Source: a virus
Virus record (IMG/VR): IMGVR_UViG_3300046777_001793
Location: 1 to 64,000 of that record
Direction: 5' to 3' (one strand)
DNA: 64,000 bases
The notes under the pieces are model-generated. The model did no database searches, was not told where the DNA came from, and saw nothing but the letters and a program-made list of their open reading frames with translations. Shown one piece after another: positions 20,801-31,055 of the stretch (positions are counted from its first letter, which is position 1; each line of letters starts with the position of its first letter). Made by a program: the position numbers and the translations under genes.

Positions 20801-22840
20801 ATGGTCCGTTGCTTCAATAAATCTACCTTGACTATATCCATAAGAAACACCATATATTTTTAATTCAGATGCGTTAAGAAACGGTCTTGCAAATTGCAAG
20901 TCTGGTGAGTTTATTGTAAAGTGTTTTTTACTATATGTATCATTAGGTACATGATTTTTTAATCCACCAAATGTATCATATTGAGTTTTCTTTTTTGAAA
21001 TAAAAGGATCTGCTGATAAATCATTATAAGGATAATTTGGATATAAACCTTTACGTTTAGTAATTTTAGAAGGTAAATTATATTGAAACATATTATTAAT
21101 AAGTCCTTTGTAGAATACAGTTTTGTTTCCATCTCTTGAACTTCTTAATATTTCATACCCTACAATATTTTTTAATACTCTTCCTTTATTGTCAACAGGC
21201 GGTTTTATGTTAGAAAAACTTACACCAAGTATATTTATTTTTTGACCATCATTAGAATAGTGATTTGTTACATCTGAAAAAGCACCACCATGATTTAAAA
21301 AGTTTTCTGGAAATTTATGATGTCTAATTGGTTTACCACATAAATCATATTCATCTGTACCAGGATCTGACCAAGGATTAGCAGTTGCATTCCATACTTG
21401 AGGATTATTATCAGGATATAATTCTAATGATTCATAATATCCCATTAAACCTTCATGTCTTACAATACCACCATCTTCTAAAATAGTATCAGGACTTTTA
21501 GTATATACAGCAGTATTAAATAACTCAAATACTTTAGGAGTGTAATCTTCAATAACATTATCTTGAAAACCTGATGCAGTAGCATTTTCCATTAATATTG
21601 CACCAGCACCACCAGCATCAGCAGTTGTTCCATATTCAGTAGCAGGTCTTCCTGGAATGTGATATGCCATAGATTTATCTCCGGTGTTATATATCCATCT
21701 AATAAAAAATGCATATACTTCATCACGCATATACCCAACTTTATTACCGCCATTTTTATAATAGTCTTTTGGATATTCTACAACATTCCAATGAGCTCTA
21801 ATTTGATTTGCTAATGGTTGATAATTAAAATCAAATTTATCAGTAGGAGTTACTCTTAATAAGTATTTTCCAGTTGCATAAATTGCTTCAGATTTATCCG
21901 GAACTGTTGTAATTATTCCAAGTTCTTGTAATGGAACAACAGGAAGTTCAAGGTTTACATTATCTACAGTAACTGAATTGATTCCTGTGCTATAAGTACC
22001 AATATGTCTTGCAACAGTTTTTTCTGCAATTGTAGATACTAATACTAACATGTATTCATCAAACATATCAGTATCAAGATTAAAAATATCAACTGTAATA
22101 CTTCCATTTACACCATCATGTGTAAATAAAGATATAGTATTTGACATTGATGTATAATCAGTAACTTTCTGTCCATTTATTAAATAAGCAAGATGAACGT
22201 GATATGTACCATTACCTAATGTACCAATACCATCACCTTTTTTTACTTTAGCGTAAGGAGTTTTAAATGTAGATTCTAATCTTAATTTTTCACAATCTAA
22301 AATCTTTTCATCATTAGCATCTAATTTAGGTGTGCAAATTTTACAACCATCATCATCTGTGCATTCTTCAACCCATGGAATGTTTTGTAAATCCATAATT
22401 CTATCTGGGTTTCTTCCGTCAGCCCAAACAATATCATGACTACAAAAAGCATTAGCTTTAGCAACACCTTTGATTAAATTAGTTGATTTAAAGCCTAAAC
22501 AACTACTTCTAACTAATCTTTCATAAGAACATGTTTCTTCAGTAAACAATCCTATTTCAGACATATAATTATTGGTAGAAAAAATAACCCAAATATCTTT
22601 TTCAACATGAATGTTTCCAATAATATTAAAAGGAGCTGATGCACAAAACTCATTAGCTGGCTCATTAGATAATTTACCTAAATCACCTTTGCGAGAATTA
22701 TTAATTGCATTTCTGGCATAAGTCCAAGCATTTTCCGGTAAATGATAATCATTAACATCTGTTACCATTGCTTTATCAAAAGCAGCAGCGGATTGAATAG
22801 ATGTATCAGGTGATGCAGATTTCTTTTTTTTCTTTGCCAT
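17882..22840 (-). CDS. Tail muzzle/stabilisation protein (P22 gp10-like, crAss muzzle)
   Basis: 1652 aa with beta-propeller-like content (SNEPAN, WADGRNP, GYMRDEVYAF, FVSYHDWYP); follows the ring proteins as in crAss-like phages. Confidence 0.8.
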   Translation of the reverse strand: MAKKKKKSASPDTSIQSAAAFDKAMVTDVNDYHLPENAWTYARNAINNSRKGDLGKLSNEPANEFCASAPFNIIGNIHVEKDIWVIFSTNNYMSEIGLFTEETCSYERLVRSSCLGFKSTNLIKGVAKANAFCSHDIVWADGRNPDRIMDLQNIPWVEECTDDDGCKICTPKLDANDEKILDCEKLRLESTFKTPYAKVKKGDGIGTLGNGTYHVHLAYLINGQKVTDYTSMSNTISLFTHDGVNGSITVDIFNLDTDMFDEYMLVLVSTIAEKTVARHIGTYSTGINSVTVDNVNLELPVVPLQELGIITTVPDKSEAIYATGKYLLRVTPTDKFDFNYQPLANQIRAHWNVVEYPKDYYKNGGNKVGYMRDEVYAFFIRWIYNTGDKSMAYHIPGRPATEYGTTADAGGAGAILMENATASGFQDNVIEDYTPKVFELFNTAVYTKSPDTILEDGGIVRHEGLMGYYESLELYPDNNPQVWNATANPWSDPGTDEYDLCGKPIRHHKFPENFLNHGGAFSDVTNHYSNDGQKINILGVSFSNIKPPVDNKGRVLKNIVGYEILRSSRDGNKTVFYKGLINNMFQYNLPSKITKRKGLYPNYPYNDLSADPFISKKKTQYDTFGGLKNHVPNDTYSKKHFTINSPDLQFARPFLNASELKIYGVSYGYSQGRFIEATDHPKHKFFTDFALLMGFIAGIGYALTKNYGKKSQVYNGYKIDSSNLPYGESYAAATGLGNNAIGIPFIIPITTPLRATASGSQIAANVVKATDASKILDAILGTNTYGIAERALDKTIKTTAQPGSTIVSGSQDEIYEDQDQTPRPLKILQAIPMFLTNVTTGTNSTLELIKALSDYNQFAYQYVSSCDYTGMHVPEAKNRRRKIDDARYLSSQMQDFQDNYIVNNVFRPTTAMFNTFEDVENTKGVTDVSRPQRLSQVAMDERFDTKRALAASHYVAFKNPNRRQYGQLNSIKMIPTKTQHFEVDIVKASDTFTSDVIFGGDTYIGTYSEKNTLFYFTNWLESLQNDGMAFDYTKYKMFDYTSFWMNSTPFNLSEFSKSIGDGLVKAIKDLKFSSFLETIKSPSDLACFDRKDDTGNFMLKNCYMYLFNSGVKNFFVESELNIDCRDWEDEDAKKHYPIQNDITSLFNMRIIKADNFYKLDRSLCENYLPHAKVPWGVLQDLKYNPNLAETCYTTRKNRVLYSLPQETLAKKNAWSIFLPNNYKDFSSKVVNIKPVDRTGAMMFFENEPPAMLPGVDELQTSNGTKLLIGDGGLFARELQRISHSDKSLEYGSCQNGLSVVNTPNGIFWMSTNQGKIFVYAGGLKEVSLKNNRYWLNRYLPFQLLEDFPTFDRLDNPIAGIGCQTVYDNDYMLVYFSKKDYKLKDEFKNSTKEYLGNGVFSIDGFSTYLDNPYYFQEASFTLSYDPKAEEFVSYHDWYPDLSFSGKNSFLTTKGATIWKHNKSCQKFCNFYGVDYPFEVEFQLDNKFAVSTIRNIEYYLESYKYSSNCYDRFHILDHNFDYAVIHNSEQCSGLLKLALEPKNDIKKLLEYPKVGIGIIEILFSKEEQQYRFNQFWDITKNRGEYIDADETIWNTEPNGYIRNLNFKNLNYKKEDFQRKKFRHFNNKVLLKREVCDNVEMLISVAFANQHLSPR

Positions 22841-22842
22841 AA

Positions 22843-23781
22843 TTATAATCTTCTAAACATGTCATAATAATTTGAGTATTGTGATTTTCTATTCACTTCC
22901 CAAATTCTTCTTAATTCATTAAAGTCTGGAGTATTAACCAATGAGTAAGCATTATTTCTTGCTGCTCTCAATCTTTGTTCAATTAATTGAATTTGCATTT
23001 GGTTAACATTTTCTCCATTCATTATCATATTTTCAAGAACACGTTGTTTTACAGCGTACTCATAAAATTCATTTAACAAGTCATGGTCAGGAACAAGTAA
23101 GTTTCCTTCTTCATCTTCCATTAAACCTTGATAGTTAATATAAATTTTTCCTGTTTGAAATGAAGGATAAATAAATCCATTTTTAATATATGCTGAATTT
23201 CTTACTTGCCATTTTTTATTTGGACAATCCATATCAACAACATCTCCATTATCAATTATTCTTAATGGATAAAACTCATTCCATGTTCTTGTTTCATACT
23301 TTAATTTTTGAATCAAGACTGTTTGCTCTCCTTTACAATTTAAATGAACATTACATGGAGTATTACAGTTACAAGTTGATGTTTGATTTCCACAACTATT
23401 ACATGAAACAGTTGGTGCATTAACAACAGGATCAGCACATATATTTATTTCACCTACACCTGGATTATATAATTGCTGAACAGGAACTCTTTCTGTATGT
23501 GTTCCTGATATAATAGGTTCAGTCCTAGTATGCTTTGAAAGCATAAATGCAAAATTCAAAACATTAAAGTTATTAGGAAGCTTACCTTTACCTTTTTCAA
23601 TATCAATAATAGCTTCACTTGTTTTAAAGATTTTTAATCCAAGTTCATAGTTACATCTTTTTGCAACCTTAATAAACTCTTGTGGATTAATAAAATCTTC
23701 TAAATAGTAACTTTTAAAATCAGATTGAATCTCTGCCAATAATTGGTCATAGGTTCTGTATTGTAAATTGTATGTAGCCAT
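22843..23781 (-). CDS. Tail ring/tubular protein
   Basis: IKNGFIYPSFQTGKIYINYQG...DEEGNLLVPD motif; position before the muzzle gene. Confidence 0.7.
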   Translation of the reverse strand: MATYNLQYRTYDQLLAEIQSDFKSYYLEDFINPQEFIKVAKRCNYELGLKIFKTSEAIIDIEKGKGKLPNNFNVLNFAFMLSKHTRTEPIISGTHTERVPVQQLYNPGVGEINICADPVVNAPTVSCNSCGNQTSTCNCNTPCNVHLNCKGEQTVLIQKLKYETRTWNEFYPLRIIDNGDVVDMDCPNKKWQVRNSAYIKNGFIYPSFQTGKIYINYQGLMEDEEGNLLVPDHDLLNEFYEYAVKQRVLENMIMNGENVNQMQIQLIEQRLRAARNNAYSLVNTPDFNELRRIWEVNRKSQYSNYYDMFRRL

Positions 23782-24452
23782 TATCTATTAATATTTACGG
23801 AGTCATCATTTGTATCAGAAGGAATATTTAAAGGAGATAAAATATCTTGAGCTGCCATTCCCTCAATTTCAGCAATAAGATATTCTGGTAGGTTTAGATT
23901 TTTTTGTTGCATTATTGTACAATCAACATCATCTTGATTACAAAACCCATCAATAGGATCTTCAAACATTGCTTCTATTTGTACAGCTTCCCATTTAATA
24001 TCTGGAAAATATAAAAAACCATTTCTATACCAAAAATAATGACACTTGTTGTATTTAAAATTTGTTGAGTTTGTCATTGCTACATAAACAACAGGATTAA
24101 TTTGCTGAAATGTATCAGAACCATCAACAGGACCAATATTTCTAAATATAGGACCTAAACTACCTTGAAATACTTTTGGTAGTTTTTCTTTAGTTCTCAT
24201 TATTTTACAACCTGTTTTTATACCAACACAGTTTGCTTCAATTTTATCTACTTCAATTAATTCTACATAAGGAAGTAATTCAAATAAAGAATCATACTTT
24301 ACTATTTTATTCTCATTATCTTGTCTTCTTATTATAGCTTTAGCAAATGAGATAAACTTGCTGTATAAGTATCTATCAGTAACAAAAGCATCTTCAGTAG
24401 ATGCCTTAATTTTTTCTCTTAATCTTGATACACATTCCCCTATTGTAGTCAT
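23781..24452 (-). CDS. Tail ring protein
   Basis: YFWYRNGFLYF...IEAMFEDP motif typical of crAss ring proteins; synteny. Confidence 0.65.
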   Translation of the reverse strand: MTTIGECVSRLREKIKASTEDAFVTDRYLYSKFISFAKAIIRRQDNENKIVKYDSLFELLPYVELIEVDKIEANCVGIKTGCKIMRTKEKLPKVFQGSLGPIFRNIGPVDGSDTFQQINPVVYVAMTNSTNFKYNKCHYFWYRNGFLYFPDIKWEAVQIEAMFEDPIDGFCNQDDVDCTIMQQKNLNLPEYLIAEIEGMAAQDILSPLNIPSDTNDDSVNINR

Positions 24453-24453
24453 G

Positions 24454-24930
24454 TTATTTCTTTTTATTTATTAATAAACATCTTTGCCAGTTCTTTTTGA
24501 AATATGCAGATGCAGTTTTTTTAAAGTTGCGCATTGGTTCAAAACTATAGAGTGTCATAAATTTTGGCTGTAAACCTTTTGTAACTAATGAGAATCTAAT
24601 GTTCATTATATTATTATCAGTTTCCCAATTTCTATGTCTTATAATCTTACCAGCAAGCATTGATGCTCTAAAATCAATTGGTCTTTTTTCTGAAACACCT
24701 TTATTTATTATAGTGATAACTCCTAAATTTTGTGGTAATAAAATACCATAAATATTTCTTTGGGTTTCTTCAATCAACTTATTGTTAAAGCAACGTATTA
24801 TTTTTAAAATGTCTTCTTTCTTTTGTCTATTGTGTTCAGGATACTTCTTATTAAATTCAGTTACTTCCTTACTTTCAATTATCCTACCTTTTTTTTCAGT
24901 AACTCTTTTTGCATTCAAGTCAACATTCAT
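24454..24930 (-). CDS. IHF/HU-like crAss conserved protein
   Basis: GILLPQNLGVITI and IDFRAS...IRHRNWETD motifs; ATG at 24930 preferred over the TTG start. Confidence 0.55.
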   Translation of the reverse strand: MNVDLNAKRVTEKKGRIIESKEVTEFNKKYPEHNRQKKEDILKIIRCFNNKLIEETQRNIYGILLPQNLGVITIINKGVSEKRPIDFRASMLAGKIIRHRNWETDNNIMNIRFSLVTKGLQPKFMTLYSFEPMRNFKKTASAYFKKNWQRCLLINKKK

Positions 24931-24980
24931 AACTAATAATATACTAATTTGCAATCAAAAATACAAATTAAAAGGGTAAT

Positions 24981-25002
24981 AAAAAACCCATCCGTAGATG
25001 GG
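24981..25002 (-). terminator. Intrinsic terminator
   Basis: Minus strand CCCATC-TACG-GATGGG-TTTTTT. Confidence 0.8.
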
Positions 25003-25020
25003 CTATTTCAAACAAAGGTT

Positions 25021-25050
25021 AAAAAACAACCCTCAATTTCTCAAGGGTTG
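25021..25050 (-). terminator. Second intrinsic terminator in the same gap
   Basis: CAACCCT...AGGGTTG followed by T6 on the minus strand. Confidence 0.65.
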
Positions 25051-25088
25051 CTTCATGTCAGTCACATTTCAACCAACCTTTGTGACAT

Positions 25089-26666
25089 TTAAAATTTAAT
25101 CATATAACGCATAACAAGTGTAGCTTGTACAACAGGAAAATCAATTTGAGCATCACCTGTTAAATCAAATGGTTGTGGTGCTGCCACACCCGCAGATCCT
25201 GTAGTACCAGTAATAGGGTGAGTATGATCTGGAGCAAAAGAAACAATGTTATTACCTGTATCATTTGGATCATTATTACCAACAGTATATGGATCTCCTG
25301 TATAAAGTTGATCAAATTTAACATCAACTGTTAATCCTTGATTAGATGAAGTACATAATGCACAGTTATCATATTTAAGTTTATGACTATGTGCACCACC
25401 ATCTCCTGCTGCCAATGTGCCAGCAGTATGACTATGTGCAGGTAGATTAGCTTCAGTTAATGAACCTTCAACAGCAAGAGGAATTGTTTCAGTTACATCA
25501 TTATCACCAATAGTTTGACCAGTAGTTGCATTACCTATAGTAGTACCAAAATTACCAGGTCCAGCAATTACTTTACCATTTAAGTTAGGTAATTTAAATG
25601 TACCGGCTGCAGATGTACCATAAGTAGATCCTAATACAGCAGCTAAGGCTGGATACAAATCGCTTGATTTTGCAGTACCATTACACTCTAACCAACCATC
25701 AGGTGGTGCAGCAGATCCTGCAAATGGAGCAATCATACCAACAGGAAAACATCCACAACCTGATCCTGGTGCTGGTGTTACACCACCGCCACCACCAGTA
25801 CCACCACCTGTTCCACCTGTTCCACCACATTCATCTTCAGGGTTTACGTTTGCAGGTTCTGCAATACATGGAACATTATAACATATAGTAAGTTCTGAAT
25901 TTGCTGCATTAGCAATACCATTTCCAGCAATAAAGTTTACAACTAAAACAACACCAATACCGGTTGTGTTTTTAGATGCAACTTTAAAAATACCAAAATT
26001 GGTTGAGTCAACTGTATTAGTTAATTGTATAGTTGATTCTATAGCTATACTATTTACCCAAGGTTCTGCGTTGTTTGCTGTAGCAACAGTTCCTGAATAA
26101 CCAAGCATAGATGTTTTACTTATTTCAATTGAAGTAACACCATCAAAATTATTACTTCCAAGTACTCTATATGAACCAGGTACTAAAACAGTTCCTTGTT
26201 CATTTTTAAATATCATACAGTTTGCACCTGGAGCACCAGGATCACCTTTATCACCCTTTTCTCCTTGTTCTCCTTGCTCACCTGCAGGAATATCAAAATT
26301 AAATACAACATTTGATGGAGTAGATCCAACCAAGTCAACAAAAGCAGGTTGCGTTGATGGAACTTGTGTTGTAGTTCCTATTTGTACAGTAGGAAAACCA
26401 CCGTTAGTTCCTTTCAAACTATTTAAAAAATCTTGTTGTGTTCCTGTATTACCTTGAGCTAACCAAACTTGATATGCGGACAATCCAGTATCACCTTTTG
26501 CACCACCAGGTCCTTGAGGACCAGCCGGCCCTTGAATACCTTGTGGTCCAGGTACAGCAACACCAGTACCAGTAGCACCTTTAGGACCTTGTTTACCTCT
26601 AGGCCCTCTTCTTACAAATGCATCATCATTGCACTCACAAACTATTTTATTACATTTTTTACACAT
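25089..26666 (-). CDS. Tail fibre protein with collagen repeats and tail-collar domain
   Basis: G-X-Y repeats; PVGMIAPFAG...GWLECNG...FKLPNL collar motif; LPAHSH and HTHP fibre-tip motifs. Confidence 0.85.
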   Translation of the reverse strand: MCKKCNKIVCECNDDAFVRRGPRGKQGPKGATGTGVAVPGPQGIQGPAGPQGPGGAKGDTGLSAYQVWLAQGNTGTQQDFLNSLKGTNGGFPTVQIGTTTQVPSTQPAFVDLVGSTPSNVVFNFDIPAGEQGEQGEKGDKGDPGAPGANCMIFKNEQGTVLVPGSYRVLGSNNFDGVTSIEISKTSMLGYSGTVATANNAEPWVNSIAIESTIQLTNTVDSTNFGIFKVASKNTTGIGVVLVVNFIAGNGIANAANSELTICYNVPCIAEPANVNPEDECGGTGGTGGGTGGGGGVTPAPGSGCGCFPVGMIAPFAGSAAPPDGWLECNGTAKSSDLYPALAAVLGSTYGTSAAGTFKLPNLNGKVIAGPGNFGTTIGNATTGQTIGDNDVTETIPLAVEGSLTEANLPAHSHTAGTLAAGDGGAHSHKLKYDNCALCTSSNQGLTVDVKFDQLYTGDPYTVGNNDPNDTGNNIVSFAPDHTHPITGTTGSAGVAAPQPFDLTGDAQIDFPVVQATLVMRYMIKF

Positions 26667-26675
26667 ATCTTTTTA

Positions 26676-27956
26676 TTAAGGAATTGGAGTTTCAGAACAA
26701 GGTGTTACTATAGGACAAACAGGAGCACCATTACAAAAATCAGCAGTTGAACCATCAGCACAATATGGAACATAAGGTTCTCCTGTTGAAGGATCTATAT
26801 CATTAGGAATAGGAACAGACTTATTAATCATTAAACTTGTTGAAAATATAACGTATGGTTCTAATTTTGCATAAGTATCTCCAGTATGAGCCAAAGGTTC
26901 AATAGAAGTTGTTCCAGGTTGATATAAAAATTCTTCTTTAAATTTTTCTACAGGATTAGTTGAACCTGTAAGACTCATATCATAAATTTCAATTCCAGTT
27001 GAAACAGGAGTACCACTACCATCATTTTCACCTTTTATTTTAAGAACATGATTTCCTGCAGGTAAGTTAATAGGAACAACATACCAAAAACGAAAATTGT
27101 ATGAATCAGTAACTTGAGCTACAGGTATAAAAGAACCTGTTCCATTTATTTGTAATTCAATATAACAATTATTATCTCCAGAAAACCCAATGTGATATGT
27201 TTTATTAGAAGTTAAATTTAAACAATATTTAAACTCATAAGGTGTAGTATCATTTTGATTTATATCAGCATAACTTAAAGTTGCACCAGAACTCCAATTA
27301 GTTGTGTCTTGAATTGGTGATAAATTAAAAGGACTTACTGTATTAGCAGATATGTTACTTAAAGCTTGGTGTTTTTTAAATGTTCCTGAAACAGTATCAT
27401 AATATAAAACTTCATCATTAATAGCATAAGCTTTTTTTCTATCCCATGCTCTTGAAGTGTATTTAGCTACACCACAATTAACTAATCTGTATTTCCATAA
27501 ATCAGATAAAAAAGTACTTGGTGCAATAATAGAGTTTAAAGCACCACCATAATATAACTGGGTTTCTGAATTTTGAGTTATACCTGTAGTTTGATTCCAA
27601 ACTTGTTCATCATATAAAGCTAAACCATATTGGCCATAACTTCCGTTATCAGCTCCTTGTCCAATTACAACAAGCGTTCCATCATAAAATGCAGGAGTAT
27701 ATTGTTCACATAAACCAGTTAAAGGATTTTTAGTGTATCCTGGTGGACAAAAACATTCCGGTTCAATACATCTCATGCGTACCCATGCATTACCATCATA
27801 ATATTTAATTACTCTTTGTTCAGGATCTAATAATTCAAATGTTCCGTGTGGTGGAGTTTCAGGTGTAGAGTTAGGTCTTAATATACGTATTTCAGTCTGA
27901 CAAGGATCTACCCAATCAGTTCCATCATATACTTTATAATTACATTTCTTTGCCAT
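26676..27956 (-). CDS. Cys-rich structural protein with a probable carbohydrate-binding insert
   Basis: CPPGY motif; AWDRKKAYAINDEVLY resembles CBM5/12; tail-module position. Confidence 0.5.
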   Translation of the reverse strand: MAKKCNYKVYDGTDWVDPCQTEIRILRPNSTPETPPHGTFELLDPEQRVIKYYDGNAWVRMRCIEPECFCPPGYTKNPLTGLCEQYTPAFYDGTLVVIGQGADNGSYGQYGLALYDEQVWNQTTGITQNSETQLYYGGALNSIIAPSTFLSDLWKYRLVNCGVAKYTSRAWDRKKAYAINDEVLYYDTVSGTFKKHQALSNISANTVSPFNLSPIQDTTNWSSGATLSYADINQNDTTPYEFKYCLNLTSNKTYHIGFSGDNNCYIELQINGTGSFIPVAQVTDSYNFRFWYVVPINLPAGNHVLKIKGENDGSGTPVSTGIEIYDMSLTGSTNPVEKFKEEFLYQPGTTSIEPLAHTGDTYAKLEPYVIFSTSLMINKSVPIPNDIDPSTGEPYVPYCADGSTADFCNGAPVCPIVTPCSETPIP

Positions 27957-27959
27957 AAA

Positions 27960-28583
27960 CTATCCTTTAATCCAAATATCTCCTGGTCTAAGTATATCTC
28001 CTTGATATACTCCTGATATATCAACTTGATCAACTGTAAATCCAGGTATGTCTGCATATTGTGTAATTACATCACCATCTGAAGGTTGATTTTGCTGTAC
28101 AAAGACAGCAACACCTCTTCCTGATTTACCATTAACACCATTTAAAATTTGAAATTCACTTATAGGAGTAGTAGTTTCACCATTATAAACAGTAATAATT
28201 GTTCCACCTTGTTTTTGATCACCAAGCGTTGGACTATAAACACCACCTGTATAATTACCATTTTTACCTGGAGCTCCGGGCAATCCATCTTTACCATCTG
28301 CACCTGCCGCACCAGCAACACCATCAACACCAGGTCCACCTGGAGTTCCTGGAGGCCCTACTGTTCCTGGTTCACCTTTATCCCCTTTATCTCCTTTTGG
28401 TCCTTGATCTCCCTTATCACCTTTTGGCCCTTGTGGCCCTTCAGGTCCTTGTGGGCCAGCAGGTCCGGTTGCACCATTTGCACCATTATTACCCTTATCA
28501 CCTTTATCACCTTTATATCCACGCGGACCTCTTAAACCTCTGCAAGATTCACCGCATTCATCATGTTCACAATTTTTTCCCAT
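27960..28583 (-). CDS. Collagen-like fibre protein
   Basis: About 30 G-X-Y triplets; C-terminal PGDIWIK. Confidence 0.85.
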   Translation of the reverse strand: MGKNCEHDECGESCRGLRGPRGYKGDKGDKGNNGANGATGPAGPQGPEGPQGPKGDKGDQGPKGDKGDKGEPGTVGPPGTPGGPGVDGVAGAAGADGKDGLPGAPGKNGNYTGGVYSPTLGDQKQGGTIITVYNGETTTPISEFQILNGVNGKSGRGVAVFVQQNQPSDGDVITQYADIPGFTVDQVDISGVYQGDILRPGDIWIKG

Positions 28584-28592
28584 AATACAAAA

Positions 28593-29198
28593 TTAATAAT
28601 GAAATTTAATAACAGGTCTGCTAGAGCTTACTGTACCATTTCCTGTAACAGGAAAAGTAAAAGAGGACTTTTTAGCAACGCTATTTGGTGCAGTCATATA
28701 ACTTGTACCACCAACAGCGGAACTCCAATCACCCCAATTATTTTCCCAAACTAATAATAAATTTTTAGTTCCATCATAAACAAATGGAGTATCAAAAGTA
28801 ATATTATACCAAGCATTATTAGTATTAATAAGTTGATTAAATGTATTCTTTACAGTTATTAATCCTGATAAGCCTACTTCTGAAAAACTCATATCTGGAG
28901 TAGTGTCAAATTGGGATGCTGTAACATTACCCATTTTGATTAATTGATTAGGATAACTAATAGGAAGAGGAAAACTTCTAAAATAAACTTCTATACCAGT
29001 AATAGTTTTTGCAGCACCTAATTCCGCTGTAGTAAATATCATTGCTGATTTACCATAGTCTTCCCCATATACAATTGGTAATTGGTAAACTAAATTACCA
29101 GGAGTTCCCAATTGTAATGTTGCACCAACTACAGGTGGGGTTGTTCCCCCACCACCACTAGTATCTCTATGTCTTAATATTCCTAATTGAGCAATCAT
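28593..29198 (-). CDS. Beta-sandwich tail/receptor-binding accessory protein
   Basis: WYNITFDTPFVYDGTKNLLLVW...RPVIKF pattern as in Bacteroidota surface-protein domains. Confidence 0.5.
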   Translation of the reverse strand: MIAQLGILRHRDTSGGGGTTPPVVGATLQLGTPGNLVYQLPIVYGEDYGKSAMIFTTAELGAAKTITGIEVYFRSFPLPISYPNQLIKMGNVTASQFDTTPDMSFSEVGLSGLITVKNTFNQLINTNNAWYNITFDTPFVYDGTKNLLLVWENNWGDWSSAVGGTSYMTAPNSVAKKSSFTFPVTGNGTVSSSRPVIKFHY

Positions 29199-29201
29199 AA
29201 T

Positions 29202-31049
29202 TTATATTTTTGTGTCGCCACCTAAAAACCAATCATTTCCATTTCTAGTTAATGTAACAAATGAATATTGAGCACGTAATCTTTTTTCACCACCTGTTGA
29301 ATATAAATTTTGAATCACACTACCAAAACCACCAACACTACCAGGATTACCACCGTATATAGACACTTCACCAACATTTCTTCTTACTATTACACAACTA
29401 AAATTTGTATTTGTTGGTACATCTGTAGGACCTGCATCATACAAACCTTTAGCTGTAGATATTACTATATCACTTGTATTATTACAATATATAATAGAAT
29501 TATTAAAACCTTCATTTAAAATAAGGTTTGAAGTTATTGTATAAATATCAGGTCTAGTGTAACTATGCCATTTAAAATTTGCAATAAACATACCAGGATC
29601 ACCTGGATCTGGTGTGTTATATGTATATTTCCATACAAAAACTGCATGAAGATCTGTATCATAAACTTCTAACCCTATATCATTAAATCCTAAAGTAGAG
29701 TTTAGAGCCAATCTTCCAGCTGTATTTAATTGAAGCATTTTATACGGATTAGAAAGTTGAGTTCCAGCTCCCCAAACACCACTTGTTTTTGGACCAAAAA
29801 TATTCCAAGTAACTGTATTCAAAAAGAAATCTCCATCTACACCTTGTCCGTTAGTTGGATTTACCGTTCCATTTAAAATAGTCTTACCGTTTAATCCAGC
29901 TGCACCAGTAGCACCAGTAGGACCAGCTACACCAGCAGGTCCTGTAGCACCAGTAAGTCCTTGAGCACCTCTTTTAGAATATGATACTGCATAAAACTCA
30001 CCACTACTTCTTGAACCATTAGCTGCAAGTACAGTTACATTAAATGTTGTATAAGCTGAATCATTACCTGCTATACTACTAACTAAAAATATTCCAAATT
30101 TTGTAGAATCATCAATATTTACAACTTCTATAATATCTCCAACAGCAATTCCAGATACCCATGAACTTGCATTACTTGTTGCAGCATTATTTCCTGTATA
30201 ACCAAGTTTTGAAGTTTTACTAATTCCAAACTGTGTTGCTGAACCAAAAACATTATTATCTCCGCCAATATCACCTAATGTTGTAATGTGATTACCAGAT
30301 CTATAAACTAAAGCATTTGATGCTAAAGCACCTCTTGCGCCATCAGCACCATTAGTACCATTTGTTCCATTAGTACCATTTGTTCCAGGTAAACCTGTAG
30401 GTCCTTGTGGCCCTGTAGCACCTGTAGCACCTGTTGGCCCTTGAGGACCAGTTGCTCCTTGTTGTGCTAGTAAAGCCCATTCTGTACCATTAGCTGTTGG
30501 AGTTACACCAGTAACAGGTCCTGTGTGAACCCAATAAGAAGCTCCGTTATAACTTACAGTATCATTTTCAACATAAGTTGTTGATGCATTATAAAACCCT
30601 CTCCAAGTTAATCCAGCAGGAGAAACACCAGCAGGACCAGTTGGACCAGTTGGTCCTTGTGGTCCTGTTAATCCTTGTGGACCTATTGCACCAGTTGGTC
30701 CTTTTAATAATACACCAGTACCCCAGTTAGTTCCAGATTTTGGACCAAATAATGTACTAGATATTGTATTAAGATAAAAATCTCCATCTACACCTATAAA
30801 TGCAGGTGGATCAAGAACACCATTTAATATAGTATTTCCATCTACACCATCTACACCATCATTTCCTGTATTACCTGGTATAAATACATCTTCCCATGCA
30901 CCTACATTTTCTCGCCAAAGTTTATATACTTCAGGATCTACTCCATTATCAATACAGTATAATACAAATTCAGCAGTTCCTCCAACAGGTAAATCACCTA
31001 TTGAAGAAACTCTTACTAATTGTATGCTTGAGTTACTTAAAATTCCCAT
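29202..31049 (-). CDS. Collagen-containing tail fibre protein
   Basis: G-X-Y tracts; two GVDGDF(Y/F)LNT...FGPK repeats; WRGFYNASTTY CBM-like motif; C-terminal WFLGGD. Confidence 0.8.
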   Translation of the reverse strand: MGILSNSSIQLVRVSSIGDLPVGGTAEFVLYCIDNGVDPEVYKLWRENVGAWEDVFIPGNTGNDGVDGVDGNTILNGVLDPPAFIGVDGDFYLNTISSTLFGPKSGTNWGTGVLLKGPTGAIGPQGLTGPQGPTGPTGPAGVSPAGLTWRGFYNASTTYVENDTVSYNGASYWVHTGPVTGVTPTANGTEWALLAQQGATGPQGPTGATGATGPQGPTGLPGTNGTNGTNGTNGADGARGALASNALVYRSGNHITTLGDIGGDNNVFGSATQFGISKTSKLGYTGNNAATSNASSWVSGIAVGDIIEVVNIDDSTKFGIFLVSSIAGNDSAYTTFNVTVLAANGSRSSGEFYAVSYSKRGAQGLTGATGPAGVAGPTGATGAAGLNGKTILNGTVNPTNGQGVDGDFFLNTVTWNIFGPKTSGVWGAGTQLSNPYKMLQLNTAGRLALNSTLGFNDIGLEVYDTDLHAVFVWKYTYNTPDPGDPGMFIANFKWHSYTRPDIYTITSNLILNEGFNNSIIYCNNTSDIVISTAKGLYDAGPTDVPTNTNFSCVIVRRNVGEVSIYGGNPGSVGGFGSVIQNLYSTGGEKRLRAQYSFVTLTRNGNDWFLGGDTKI

Positions 31050-31055
31050 AGTCTA